Positions 27,275 through 37,547 are shown, counted from the first letter of the stretch. The stretch is 41,857 nt of DNA from an uncultured Caulobacter sp. (GCA_936942565.1 CAKZJK010000028.1:1-41857), one strand, 5' to 3'. Translations and numbers: made by a program. Notes: a model not told the origin generated them from the sequence alone.

Positions 27275-29422
27275 TCAGCTCCAGGGCAGCAGATAGCCCC
27301 ACAGACCCAGCAGCACGCTCAGGAACACGAAAAGCAGGGTGGTGAAGGTGAAGGCCACCTTGCGGCCGGCGGTCCAGCTATCGACCCGGCGACCGCCGCG
27401 CCAAACCATCGGCAGGGCTCCGAGGGTCAGCACCGACATCAGCGCCGCGACCAGGGCGCAGGCAGAGCCGCTGAGCAGCCAGCCGCTGGGCCAGCCGAAG
27501 AAGGCCGCCGTCTGGTCCGAGGCGCGGATCGCGAAGACGCCCATGCAGACGGCCGAGATCAACCAAAGCACCGCCTGGGCGGTCTGCATCTGACTGGCGC
27601 GGGCCTGGACGGGTGTCTGGCGGGCTTCGCGGCGGTTGCGGACGATGGCGCCGAGCACGGTCGCCAGGCTGGCGAGCCCGGCCAGGGCGACGGTCGCGAT
27701 CAATAGCGACGCCGAACGCGGGGGGCTGACCCGCTCATAGGTCGCGAAGCCGCGCGCGGCGTAGAAGCGCGACGGACGATCGCCGTTCGCGTCGAAAACG
27801 ATGACCAGGGGCCCGTCGACGGCCTTGAACACGCCCGAACGTCCAGCCGCGTTGAAGAGCGCGGCCGAGCCGCCTTCGCTGACGGACAGTCGGCCGTCTG
27901 GCGTGGCTCGAACCGTGGCCCGGCCGATCATGCGGTTGATGAAGCCTTCCAGGCCGCCATAGGCGCGACGGGTGGTCAGATAGTCGCCCTCGTAGAGCTT
28001 GGCCTGCTCGTAGGTCATGGCGCTGGGCGAGGGCACGGCGGGCGGGTTGGCGTAGAAGTGCTCGATGATCGTCGCCGGCAGGGTGGCGGGCAGGTTCACG
28101 CCGCTGTCGGTGTTGACCGAGACGAAGACGCCCAGCCCCAGGTCAGGCGCGACGACCATGTTCGAATGGAAGTACAGCGTCGCTCCGGCATGGCCAAAGC
28201 CGCGCCGACCCCCGGGCAGGGGGATGTCCTGGAAGCCCGCGTTCCAGCCCGCGGCCTCTGGCGCGGGGCGGTACATGGGCGTGCGGAAGGCTTGGGCGGT
28301 CTTGGGCGAGAACACTGTCTTACCGTCGATCACGCCGCCGTTCAGCAGCAGGTTCATGTACTTGGCCATGTCGCCGGCCGTGCTCGAGGCCGAACCGGCC
28401 GGAGCCACTTGGCCAATGAACTCGCGCGGCCGCACCTTCCAGCCCAGCGGCGTCCAAGAGAAGCCGTCCGAAAGCTCGGCGGCGAGGTCCTCCGACATCG
28501 GCGCCGGCAGGTTGTCACGCCAGGGGCGCGCCTCACGGAAGGTCGTGTGGCGCATACCGGTCGGCAGGATGATTTCCTCGGTGACCAGCTGCTCGAACGG
28601 CTTTCCCGTGACGTTGGCGACGGCGGCGCCGGCCAGGGCGGCGCCGTAATTCGAATAGCTGGGCAGCAGGCCGGGCTCGCGCACGCGGCGCGGACGCTCC
28701 TGGCGCAGATAGTCGGCCAGCGGGCGGATCCGGTTGGGATCCCGCTCGAACAGCTGGCCCAACGCGCGATCCTCGAAGCCGGCGGTGTGGGTCATCAGAT
28801 CGCGCAGGCGGACCTGGGTCTTCTTGCCCTGATCCTTCAGCTGAAGCGGCTCGGGCAGATAGAGGTTCACCGGACCGTCCAGGCGCATGTGGCCCGACTC
28901 GATCTCGTTCATCAGCGCGATCCAGGTGAACGTCTTCGAGATCGAGGCGATGCGGAACAGCGTCTTGTCGGGATCGACGGGCCGACGCTGCCCGAGATTG
29001 GCGAAGCCATAGCCCTTCTTCAGCACGACCTGGCCGTTCTGGACCACCGAGATGGTCACGCCGGCGATGTGGTCGCGAGCCATGGCGCGTTGCACGACGC
29101 CATCGACGAAGGCTTCGAGTTCCGGGCGGAGAAGGGGCGCCACGCTCACCGCGACGGGCGGCGCGGCGGGAGGGAGGGGCGCCTGCGGCGTCGCGGCGGC
29201 CGCGGGTTTGGGAGCCTCGCTCGCTCGCGCGATCGGGCGAACGCGGCGCGGACGCAGGCTGGAATAGGGACGGGGGCCCGGTTCGGCGGCGGGCGCGTCG
29301 CTAGCCGGCGCTGGCGGCGGGCTGGGCGTGACGTCCTGGGCGCGCGTCTCCGACCCCGGGACGGACCATAGTGCGATGAAGGCCGCGGCAAAGGCGGCCG
29401 CGGTCGAAACGCGCGACGTCAA
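27275..29422 (-). CDS. Membrane-anchored serine hydrolase (beta-lactamase class C/PBP-like)
   Basis: F.IASISK (SxxK), LMTHTAG, YSN and HAG motifs; N-terminal signal with Pro-rich linker and about 4 C-terminal TM helices. Confidence 0.85.
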   Translation of the reverse strand: MTSRVSTAAAFAAAFIALWSVPGSETRAQDVTPSPPPAPASDAPAAEPGPRPYSSLRPRRVRPIARASEAPKPAAAATPQAPLPPAAPPVAVSVAPLLRPELEAFVDGVVQRAMARDHIAGVTISVVQNGQVVLKKGYGFANLGQRRPVDPDKTLFRIASISKTFTWIALMNEIESGHMRLDGPVNLYLPEPLQLKDQGKKTQVRLRDLMTHTAGFEDRALGQLFERDPNRIRPLADYLRQERPRRVREPGLLPSYSNYGAALAGAAVANVTGKPFEQLVTEEIILPTGMRHTTFREARPWRDNLPAPMSEDLAAELSDGFSWTPLGWKVRPREFIGQVAPAGSASSTAGDMAKYMNLLLNGGVIDGKTVFSPKTAQAFRTPMYRPAPEAAGWNAGFQDIPLPGGRRGFGHAGATLYFHSNMVVAPDLGLGVFVSVNTDSGVNLPATLPATIIEHFYANPPAVPSPSAMTYEQAKLYEGDYLTTRRAYGGLEGFINRMIGRATVRATPDGRLSVSEGGSAALFNAAGRSGVFKAVDGPLVIVFDANGDRPSRFYAARGFATYERVSPPRSASLLIATVALAGLASLATVLGAIVRNRREARQTPVQARASQMQTAQAVLWLISAVCMGVFAIRASDQTAAFFGWPSGWLLSGSACALVAALMSVLTLGALPMVWRGGRRVDSWTAGRKVAFTFTTLLFVFLSVLLGLWGYLLPWS

Positions 29423-29496
29423 CGATGTCCCCCGGGCGAAGCAGTAACCCTATGGTTTGTGTAACCTGCTTGCCGCGCGGGTCAAACCGATACCGC

Positions 29497-30267
29497 TCAA
29501 GGCGTTCTGGGCGGAGCGCGCTCGAAAGCGTAGAGGGGCAGAAGCGGGCGCAGAGCGGCGCCGATCCACAACTGGGGTTCGGACGCCGGCTCGGCCCCGG
29601 TCTCCTTTTCCTTGGCCGCGACGCAGGCTCGCACCCGCGCGCCGAGGACAGCGAAATCATGGGCGTCGGGCGCGGCGTCCAGGAAGCACGTATCGAAATA
29701 CGGGTACTTGTCGCTCTCGCCGCATCCGAATGACGCGCGATCGGCGCGGGCCGCCGTCAGGATCAGTCGATCGGTCTTTTGCAGAGGTGGGATAAAGACG
29801 CCCGAGAAGCAAGCCGAGATCACGACCACGCTGGGTCGATTGGGGCATGCGTCATCCAGCATGGCGGCCAGCAAGTGAGGCCGCAGCAGCTCCTCGCCCA
29901 GAAGCGCGCCATCCGGACCACCGTGCGAGCTGATGTAGAACAGGCAGCCGGCGTTGGCGGCGCGGGCGGCGGTTCGCAGGGTGTCATGGAGCGTTCGCGC
30001 GTCGGCGCGTCCAGGCGCTTCGGCGGCATAGCGCTTAGGGCGCGCGGAAAGCTGTTGGATCGCGCTCTTGTCGAAGCCCAGCGCGACCAGGGTCTTCGAA
30101 ACGTCGCGCCGAGCGTTGTCGAAGGCTTCGGTCGGGCCGCCGGAATGGGCGTGGTAGTCGCCGGCGACCACCACGGCCGCCCAATTCGAGAACGGACCGG
30201 CGCGGGCGATCGACAACGGCGCGAGAAGCAGGGCCAGAAGTCCGATGACCGCCGCCGCTCCTCGCAT
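29497..30267 (-). CDS. C13 family (caspase-like) peptidase
   Basis: Signal peptide; YISSHG and VISACFSG catalytic His/Cys; LTAARADR.SFGC. Confidence 0.82.
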   Translation of the reverse strand: MRGAAAVIGLLALLLAPLSIARAGPFSNWAAVVVAGDYHAHSGGPTEAFDNARRDVSKTLVALGFDKSAIQQLSARPKRYAAEAPGRADARTLHDTLRTAARAANAGCLFYISSHGGPDGALLGEELLRPHLLAAMLDDACPNRPSVVVISACFSGVFIPPLQKTDRLILTAARADRASFGCGESDKYPYFDTCFLDAAPDAHDFAVLGARVRACVAAKEKETGAEPASEPQLWIGAALRPLLPLYAFERAPPRTP

Positions 30268-30285
30268 GGCCCCATCCTTCTCCGG

Positions 30286-30759
30286 CTATTTCTTCTTGAA
30301 GTTGGCGAAGGGCGTCGGGATCGCCGTGCCGGTCGACTTGGCCAGCAGGCGGCCCTCGGGGTCGTAGAGTTCGCCCTCCATGAAGCAAACGGTCCGACCC
30401 CACTTGACCACGCGGCCGACGCCGCGGAGCGACCCTGGCATGGTTGGCCGCAGGAAGCTGGTCTTCATCTCGAGGGTGGGGACGACGTGGGTCATGCCCG
30501 AGGTGATCATGCCGGCCACCGACATGCATTCGTCCAGCATGGCGCACACGTAGCCGCCCTGGATCTGCCCCATCGGATTGCACAACAGATCGGCGCGCGC
30601 GTTGAACCCGACCTCGATCTCGCGATCGGCCTGGCGCACGGCCAGGAGTTCGAAGCCCAGGGTCTGGGATCCGCTCGGCGGGTTCTTGGACGCGCGAAAG
30701 CGCGCGAGGATCGCCTCGTCGCTCAGGCTTTGCGGAGCGTCGGAGGCGACGTCGCTCAT
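30286..30759 (-). CDS. PaaI family thioesterase
   Basis: NPMGQIQGG...MLDE hot-dog fold motif and TLEMKTSFLRP; ATGA overlap with the sspB stop. Confidence 0.88.
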   Translation of the reverse strand: MSDVASDAPQSLSDEAILARFRASKNPPSGSQTLGFELLAVRQADREIEVGFNARADLLCNPMGQIQGGYVCAMLDECMSVAGMITSGMTHVVPTLEMKTSFLRPTMPGSLRGVGRVVKWGRTVCFMEGELYDPEGRLLAKSTGTAIPTPFANFKKK

Positions 30760-31241
30760 TTCTTCCGGAACTGGTCCAGGGAGACGATCTTGGGACCCTC
30801 GTCGCCGGACGGGGCGGGCGTCTTGGCCTCGGGCTCGGCCTCGGGCTCGGGATCGTCCTCGATAATCTCGGGCGGCGAGAACTGCAGGGCGAACTGCACG
30901 GACGGATCGTAGAAGCGGGTCACGGCCGCGTATGGCACGTTGAGGCGCTTGGGCTGGCCGCCGAACTTCAGCGTCACCGAGAACGTGCTCTCGCCGGGCG
31001 CCAGGTCCCAGTACTGATGCTGCAGGACGATCGTCATCTCGTCCGGGTACTTGCCCAGCAGGTCCTGCGGGCCCGACACGCCAGCGGCCTTGGTCTTGAA
31101 CGTGATGTAGAGATGGTGCGGCTCGGGCAGCCCGCCCGGCTCCGCCGCCTTCTTCAGGGCAGCCCTGACCACGCCACGAAGGGCGTCCTGGGCCATGGCC
31201 TCGTACTGCATGAGGTCTTCGGGCTGTTCGGTCTGGGACAT
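30756..31241 (-). CDS. sspB: ClpXP adaptor SspB (alpha type)
   Basis: HHLYITFKT, YPDEMTIVLQHQYWDL, FYDPSVQFALQF and the C-terminal ClpX-binding tail KIVSLDQFRKK. Confidence 0.95.
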   Translation of the reverse strand: MSQTEQPEDLMQYEAMAQDALRGVVRAALKKAAEPGGLPEPHHLYITFKTKAAGVSGPQDLLGKYPDEMTIVLQHQYWDLAPGESTFSVTLKFGGQPKRLNVPYAAVTRFYDPSVQFALQFSPPEIIEDDPEPEAEPEAKTPAPSGDEGPKIVSLDQFRKK

Positions 31242-31395
31242 GCGCTGAGGTCGATACTTCGGACTGGAAAACGAAGCCGCGAGCCTAGCGTGTGAAAGGC
31301 GCATCGCAAAGCTCCGCGATGCCATTCCCGGCGCGCGCGCCCGCGACGTTGGATCGCAAGCGACGCAAGCGTTTGCATTCGCCGGTGGCGACAAG

Positions 31396-31530
31396 GAGGA
31401 GGGAGCCTCGGCGATGTCGATGAAAGTGGAGGGATTCTGTTGGCAGGCTCCCCCATGCCCTCTCGCAAAGAGAGGAGGGAGCCACGGCGATGTCGATGAA
31501 AGTGGAGGGATTCTGTTGGCAGGCTCCCTC
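31396..31530. repeat. 59-nt direct repeat (2 copies, 76-nt period) including the tmRNA coding-piece 3' hairpin
   Basis: 31396-31454 versus 31472-31530: GAGGAGGGAGCC[T/A]CGGCGATGTCGATGAAAGTGGAGGGATTCTGTTGGCAGGCTCCC[C/T]C, with 2 mismatches. Confidence 0.95.
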
Positions 31531-31828
31531 CGGGCCCCGCCTAAGGATCTGAACCCCTAGGACTTAAGAGGCGAATTCACCTGCACCGCATTACGCGGCG
31601 ACGGCGAACTCTTCAGCGAAGTTATCGTTCGCATTTAGATAAAGGCCCGAAACGGTGGGCCAAGCCGAGAGAAAGCAGTCACCTTTACACGTCTGTCGAT
31701 GCTGATCGGCCCCATACGGTCCCATGATAACTTGGGAGAGATTTGGTGGAGCCGCCGGGAATCGCACCCGGGTCCAGTCCGCTTATTACGTGCGCGTTTA
31801 TCCCCATAGTTCGGCCGAAGCCGGACAA
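31499..31828 (-). ncRNA. ssrA: Permuted two-piece tmRNA; outer ends approximate
   Basis: The acceptor piece ends GGGTGCGATTCCCGGCGGCTCCACCA (CCA at 31746-31744). The coding piece starts GGGGCCG at 31713, giving a G3.U70 Ala pair. The tag frame 31632-31591 encodes ANDNFAEEFAVAA*. Confidence 0.97.
31591..31632 (-). other. tmRNA tag reading frame ANDNFAEEFAVAA*
   Basis: GCG AAC GAT AAC TTC GCT GAA GAG TTC GCC GTC GCC GCG TAA; matches the Caulobacter tag as I recall it. Confidence 0.95.
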
Positions 31829-32110
31829 TCACAATATAGGGGCTTCGGTCTCCGGATGGAAGGCCGGGCGCTGGACTGTCCCCAGGCTGAGGCGACCGTC
31901 GACCAAGGTGCCGCTGACGACCGCGCCGCGATCCTCGAACAGCTTCAGCCTCTCGCCCACCAGGACATAGACGCCGGTGAACACGTCGGCGAAGTCGTCG
32001 CGGGTCTCGATGAAGCGGCCATCGGCCCGCAGTTCAAGCGAGATGTGACCGTCGGGCGAGGTCCAGACGCCGGCGACGGGGATGTGGGGAACGATGGCGG
32101 ACATCATCAT
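31829..32110 (-). CDS. Atu4866-like domain protein
   Basis: GVWTSPDGHISLEL..DGRF.ETR...F.G.Y...G..L...D.G....G.LVDG.L resembles the Atu4866 beta-barrel; divergent from an AraC regulator. Confidence 0.6.
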   Translation of the reverse strand: MMMSAIVPHIPVAGVWTSPDGHISLELRADGRFIETRDDFADVFTGVYVLVGERLKLFEDRGAVVSGTLVDGRLSLGTVQRPAFHPETEAPIL

Positions 32111-32271
32111 CGGGCGAGGCTCCCAATCTGGAAGGTTTCGTTCTGGGCCCGCGTTAGGGCGGGTTTCGGGAGCACGGCGGTGGCGGCGGTCAGCGCGGCC
32201 GTCCCACCCAGCAGGGCGGCGACGAACCAGCGCGGAGCCGTCACGCCGCGTCGGGGCGTGTAGCGTCTCAT
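32107..32271 (-). CDS. 54-aa signal-peptide-like ORF coupled to the Atu4866-like gene
   Basis: MRRYTPRRGVTAPRWFVAALLGGTAALTAATAVLPKPALTRAQNETFQIGSLAR*; its TGA overlaps the next ATG. Confidence 0.4.
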   Translation of the reverse strand: MRRYTPRRGVTAPRWFVAALLGGTAALTAATAVLPKPALTRAQNETFQIGSLAR

Positions 32272-32458
32272 CGCGGAGCTCAAGTTTTTGGAGTTGGCCG
32301 CGTCGGGGAGCGGAACGAGGCCAATATGCGGCATGGCCGCGTCCAGTCGGTAGATCGATGCTCCGGCATGATTGCATGATCCTCCGGAAGCGAACGCCGT
32401 CGCGTGACGGAGGATCGTGCAAGGCTTACAAATAGCCTCGCCGAGACAAGGAATACCG

Positions 32459-33366
<908 letters not shown>

Positions 33367-33370
<4 letters not shown>

Positions 33371-34137
33371 GGCAGCGCCGACCAGGGCAAGGTGACCTTG
33401 GCGTCGGCCTGACCCCAGATCGTCACGGTCCGCGCATTGGCGTCCACGGTGATCTTGTAGACGTAGCGCGCGCCGTTCTGGGTGTTGTTCGCCAGGACGT
33501 TGTTCGAGGCGTCATAGGTCACCACGCCGTAGGCGACACGGTTGTCGATGAAGCTGAAGGCCCAGGTCGTGTGGCCCTTGTACTTGATCACGGGGCAGGT
33601 CGGGCTGGACTCCAGCGTGTTGGGCCCTTTCAGGCACGTGACCTTCAGGCCGCCAGGAACAGGCGGTGGCGCGTTGGCGGGGACCTGGACGACTTCCGGC
33701 GCGGCGGTCGGCAGGTCGCTCCACGCGACGTCCACCTTGGCGTTGGCTTGGCCCCAGACGCCGACGGTCTTGGCGTTGGGATCGACCGTCATCTTGTAGA
33801 CGTAACGGGCGCCGTCCCGGGTGACGTTCTTCACCACGTTGTTGGCGGCGTCGTAGGTGACGATCCCATACGAGACGCGGTTGTCGATGAAGCTGAACGC
33901 CCACGTGGTGTTGCCGCCGTATTGGATCACGGGGCAGGTCGGGCTCGATTGCAGCGAGTCTGGACCCGTGAGGCAGGTCACCTTCATGCCGCTCGGAACG
34001 GGCGGCGGGGTGTTGGCGGGAACGAGAGCGATCGTGGGCGCCGACTGGGCGTTGGCGGTGGCGCCGCCGGCCAGCGCGGCGAGCATGGTAAGCGGGACTA
34101 GGACGCAAGCCGACAGACGCGAGTTCATTCGGAACAT
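33367..34137 (-). CDS. Secreted protein with two 111-aa tandem repeats, unknown function
   Basis: Signal peptide ending ANA-Q; aa 33-143 and 146-256 align without gaps (79/111 identical by manual count); SD AGGGAGG. Confidence 0.85.
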
Positions 34138-34219
34138 GTGAGCCTCCCTTTATGTGCGAATGCTCATAACGCCGCTTGTCCAGCAATGCAACTATAACAA
34201 GTATTTTCTATATTTCTCG

Positions 34220-35044
34220 CTATTGCCGAGTTTTTGGAGCCTCGGCTTCGCCTGGGGCGGGAAGGCGGCCAGCGGGTTGGGCGCGGCTTCCTTGGGCTGG
34301 CGAAAGACGCCCTCCGGACGCCAAGAGGTCGGCATAGGCTCTCTGTTGGCGGGAGAAGTCAGCCGCGCGCGAAAACGCCGCGTCGAAGCGAGCGTCCCGG
34401 CCCAGGGACGCGCCGACGGCCTGGACCAGGATCGAAGCGATCGAGCCCACCTCCGCGTCGTCGCAGGCCCTCCTCAGATGACGCGCCTGGCCGCGCGCCA
34501 GCAATGTGACATCCCAGGAAACGCCGTCGACGCAGAGCGCCGAAACCGCGCCACCGCCATAGTCGACGATCACCGACCGAGGTTGGTCCCAGGCCGGATC
34601 CGCCGCAACGACTCTCAGGGCCTTGGCGGCCTCCGCGCCCAGCTCGGCGTTGATGTCCACGCGGCGGCCGATCTCGGGCGCGCAGCAACCCAGGCCCGCC
34701 CGGGCTTGGACAAAGGCGCGGCCGTCGCGCCGCAGCGTCAGGCGGATGACGGTCTGGAGGACGCCGCGCGCGGGCCGCGCCCAAACCTCGAGGATCAGTT
34801 CGTCCTCGCGCAAAATTTGGTTCTGCAGGGGCTGCAGCCCCCACAGGCGATAGAGCAGGGGCTCGACGCCATTATCGATCGGGATGGGCTGTTCACCCTT
34901 GCCGAGCCGGCGGTTTGCGAGCGGCTCCAGCTCGGCGGGCGGACGCGGCGCGACCGGCGACCACCAGGCGGCGGGGTCGGGCGGGGGCGGAGCCTGCTGG
35001 ACCGCGAGGGCCGCGCCCGCGATCAGTCCAATGAGGCCGCTCAT
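34220..35044 (-). CDS. Hypothetical exported protein
   Basis: 274-aa ORF with an N-terminal hydrophobic segment, directly downstream of ilvN; CC and C...C residues. Confidence 0.65.
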   Translation of the reverse strand: MSGLIGLIAGAALAVQQAPPPPDPAAWWSPVAPRPPAELEPLANRRLGKGEQPIPIDNGVEPLLYRLWGLQPLQNQILREDELILEVWARPARGVLQTVIRLTLRRDGRAFVQARAGLGCCAPEIGRRVDINAELGAEAAKALRVVAADPAWDQPRSVIVDYGGGAVSALCVDGVSWDVTLLARGQARHLRRACDDAEVGSIASILVQAVGASLGRDARFDAAFSRAADFSRQQRAYADLLASGGRLSPAQGSRAQPAGRLPAPGEAEAPKTRQ

Positions 35045-35057
35045 CCGCCCATCTCCG

Positions 35058-35615
35058 CTACATGCCCTCGACGCCCCGCTCGATGGAAAGGACGCCGGTG
35101 CGGGAAAGTTCCACCAGGCCCAGGGGGCGCATCAGGTCCAGGAACTTGTCGATCTTTGACGGCGCTCCGGAGATCTCGAACACGAAGCTCTCCAGCGTCG
35201 TGTCGACGGGCTTGGCGCGGAAGATCTCGGCGATGCGCAGCGCCTCGACGCGGTCGACGCCCGAGCCGCGCACCTTGACCAGGGCCAGCTCGCGCTCGAC
35301 GCCGTTCGGGTCGCGGGTCACGTCGTGGACGCGGCGGACGTTCACCACCTTGTTCAGCTGGGCTTCGATCTGGTCCAGCACCTGGCGGGTGCCGCGGGTG
35401 ACCACGGTAATGCGGCTGGTGTGGGCGTTGCGGTCGGTTTCGGCGACCGTGAGGCTTTCGATGTTGTAGCCGCGCGCGGCGAACAGGCCGACGACGCGAT
35501 GCAGGACGCCCGGCTCGTTATCGACGAGCAGCGCGAAGGTCGCGGTCTGTTCGGCCTGGCCGGAGGGGCTAAGGTCGTAGGCCGAGGCGGGGGCGGGTTG
35601 GACGTTGGCGGTCAT
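35058..35615 (-). CDS. ilvN: Acetolactate synthase small regulatory subunit (IlvH/IlvN)
   Basis: VDNEPGVL.RV.GLF.ARGYNIESLTV ACT domain and ERELALVKV. Confidence 0.95.
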   Translation of the reverse strand: MTANVQPAPASAYDLSPSGQAEQTATFALLVDNEPGVLHRVVGLFAARGYNIESLTVAETDRNAHTSRITVVTRGTRQVLDQIEAQLNKVVNVRRVHDVTRDPNGVERELALVKVRGSGVDRVEALRIAEIFRAKPVDTTLESFVFEISGAPSKIDKFLDLMRPLGLVELSRTGVLSIERGVEGM

Positions 35616-35656
35616 GGATCGCTTCTATGCCAAAGGGATGGGGAAGGGCGAAGGGC

Positions 35657-37480
35657 TTAGACCAGCCCCGCGCCGTCCTCGCCGATCACATTACCGATGT
35701 CCTCGACCTCGCCCATGATCATTTCGTTGTGGGCCTTGCCCGACGGGATCATCGGCAGGCAGTTCTCGTGCTTCTCGACCCGGCAGTCGAAGATCACCGG
35801 CTTGTCGCTGTTGATCATCTCCAGGATCTTCGCGTCCAGCTCGGCGGGATCATCGCAGCGGATGCCGTGCGCGCCATAGGCCTCGGCCAGCTTCACGAAG
35901 TCGGGCAGGCTGTCCGAGTACGAGTGGCTGTAGCGCTCGCCATGCAGCAGCTGCTGCCACTGGCGGACCATGCCCATCCATTCGTTGTTCAGGATGAAGA
36001 TCTTGACCGGCAGGTCGAACTGGATCGCGGTCGACAGCTCCTGGATGCACATCTGGATCGAGGCTTCGCCGGCGATGTCGACGACCAGGCTGTTGGGGTG
36101 GGCCAACTGCACGCCCAGGGCGGCGGGCAGGCCGTAGCCCATGGTTCCCAGGCCACCCGAGGTCATCCAGCGGTTGGGCTCCTCGAAGCGGAAGAACTGC
36201 GCGGCCCACATCTGGTGCTGGCCGACCTCGGTCGTGATGTAGACGTCCTTGTCCTTGGTCAGCTCGTACAGGCGCTGGATCGCGTACTGCGGCTTGATGA
36301 CCGTGTCCGAGGCCCGGTACTTCAGGCACTGACGGGCGCGCCACTGGTCGATCTGCGCCCACCAGTCGCTCAGGGCGGCCTTGTTCGGCGAAAGGTTCGC
36401 GGCCTTCCAGGCGGCGATCAGGTCTTCCAGCACGGAAGCCGCGTCGCCGACGATCGGCAGGTCGACGCGGACGTTCTTGTTGATCGACGAGGCGTCGATA
36501 TCGATATGGATCTTCTTCGATCCCGGCGAGAAGGCGTCCAGGCGCCCGGTCACCCGGTCGTCGAAGCGAGCGCCGACGCAGATCATCACGTCGCAGTCGT
36601 GCATGGCGTTGTTGGCTTCAAACGTGCCGTGCATGCCCAGCATGCCCAGCCACGCCGGATCGGCCGCGGGGAAGGCGCCCAGGCCCATCAGCGTCGAGGT
36701 GACCGGCGCGCCGGTCATGGCCGCGAATTCGCGCAGCGCCGCGCTGGCCTTGGGGCCAGCGTTGATGACGCCGCCGCCCGTGTAGAAGATCGGGCGACGC
36801 GCGCCGGCGATCATCTTGACCGCCTCGGCGATCCGGCTGGCGTCGCCCTTGACGCGCGGCGCGTAGGCGTGGGTCGATTGGACCTCTTGCGGGCCGTAGT
36901 ACTCGCCCTTGGCGAACTGGACGTCCTTGGGGATGTCGATCAGCACCGGGCCAGGGCGGCCGGTGGTAGCGATCTTGAAGGCCTCATGGATGATCTGCGG
37001 CAGGTCGCGGACGTCTTTGACCAGGTAGTTGTGCTTGGTGCACGAGCGGGTCATGCCGACGGTGTCGGCTTCCTGGAAGGCGTCGGTGCCGATCAGGTGC
37101 GTCGGGACCTGGCCGGTGATGACGACCATCGGGATCGAGTCCATCAGGGCGTCCATGATACCGGTGATGGCGTTGGTCGCGCCCGGGCCCGAGGTGACCA
37201 GGACGACGCCCGGCTTGCCCGAGCTGCGGGCGTAGCCTTCGGCGGCGTGGGTCGCGCCTTGCTCGTGGCGAACCAGGATGTGCTGCAGGCGCGGCTCGTG
37301 GAACAGCGCGTCATAGATCGGCAGAACCGCGCCGCCCGGATAGCCGAAGAGCACCTCGACGCCCTGGTCCACGAGGCCGCGAACCACGATCTCGGCGCCG
37401 GTCATGGCGCGCCCTTCTTGTGAAGAGGGAGAGGCGGTGTCGGCGGGAGCCTTGCTCTCGATGGTCTGGTGGGCGGTCAT
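35657..37480 (-). CDS. ilvB: Acetolactate synthase large subunit (IlvB/IlvI)
   Basis: FGYPGGAVLP, VRHEQ, TSGPGATN, GMLGMHG, RFDDRVTG, VGQHQMWAAQ and MVRQWQ. Confidence 0.97.
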   Translation of the reverse strand: MTAHQTIESKAPADTASPSSQEGRAMTGAEIVVRGLVDQGVEVLFGYPGGAVLPIYDALFHEPRLQHILVRHEQGATHAAEGYARSSGKPGVVLVTSGPGATNAITGIMDALMDSIPMVVITGQVPTHLIGTDAFQEADTVGMTRSCTKHNYLVKDVRDLPQIIHEAFKIATTGRPGPVLIDIPKDVQFAKGEYYGPQEVQSTHAYAPRVKGDASRIAEAVKMIAGARRPIFYTGGGVINAGPKASAALREFAAMTGAPVTSTLMGLGAFPAADPAWLGMLGMHGTFEANNAMHDCDVMICVGARFDDRVTGRLDAFSPGSKKIHIDIDASSINKNVRVDLPIVGDAASVLEDLIAAWKAANLSPNKAALSDWWAQIDQWRARQCLKYRASDTVIKPQYAIQRLYELTKDKDVYITTEVGQHQMWAAQFFRFEEPNRWMTSGGLGTMGYGLPAALGVQLAHPNSLVVDIAGEASIQMCIQELSTAIQFDLPVKIFILNNEWMGMVRQWQQLLHGERYSHSYSDSLPDFVKLAEAYGAHGIRCDDPAELDAKILEMINSDKPVIFDCRVEKHENCLPMIPSGKAHNEMIMGEVEDIGNVIGEDGAGLV

Positions 37481-37519
37481 GGGACGGATCCGATGGGGAA
37501 GCGGGAAGGGTGTAGGCGG

Positions 37520-37547
37520 AAAAGAAAAAAGGTCCCGAAGGACCTTT
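37520..37547 (-). terminator. Attenuator terminator upstream of ilvB
   Basis: Minus strand AAAGGTCC-TTCG-GGACCTTT-TTTCTTTT, about 40 nt before the ilvB start. Confidence 0.88.

Noticed and set aside
27275-29422. Antibiotic-resistance beta-lactamase call for the serine hydrolases
   Set aside because: The SxxK fold is shared with esterases and peptidases; nothing specific supports beta-lactamase activity (the same holds for 37804-38889).
31396-31530. Direct repeat as a CRISPR array
   Set aside because: Only two copies, the repeat is too long (59 nt), the spacer is 17 nt, there are no cas genes, and the sequence derives from the tmRNA 3' region.
31744-31790. tRNA gene
   Set aside because: The T-arm and CCA belong to the tmRNA acceptor piece; there is no anticodon arm.
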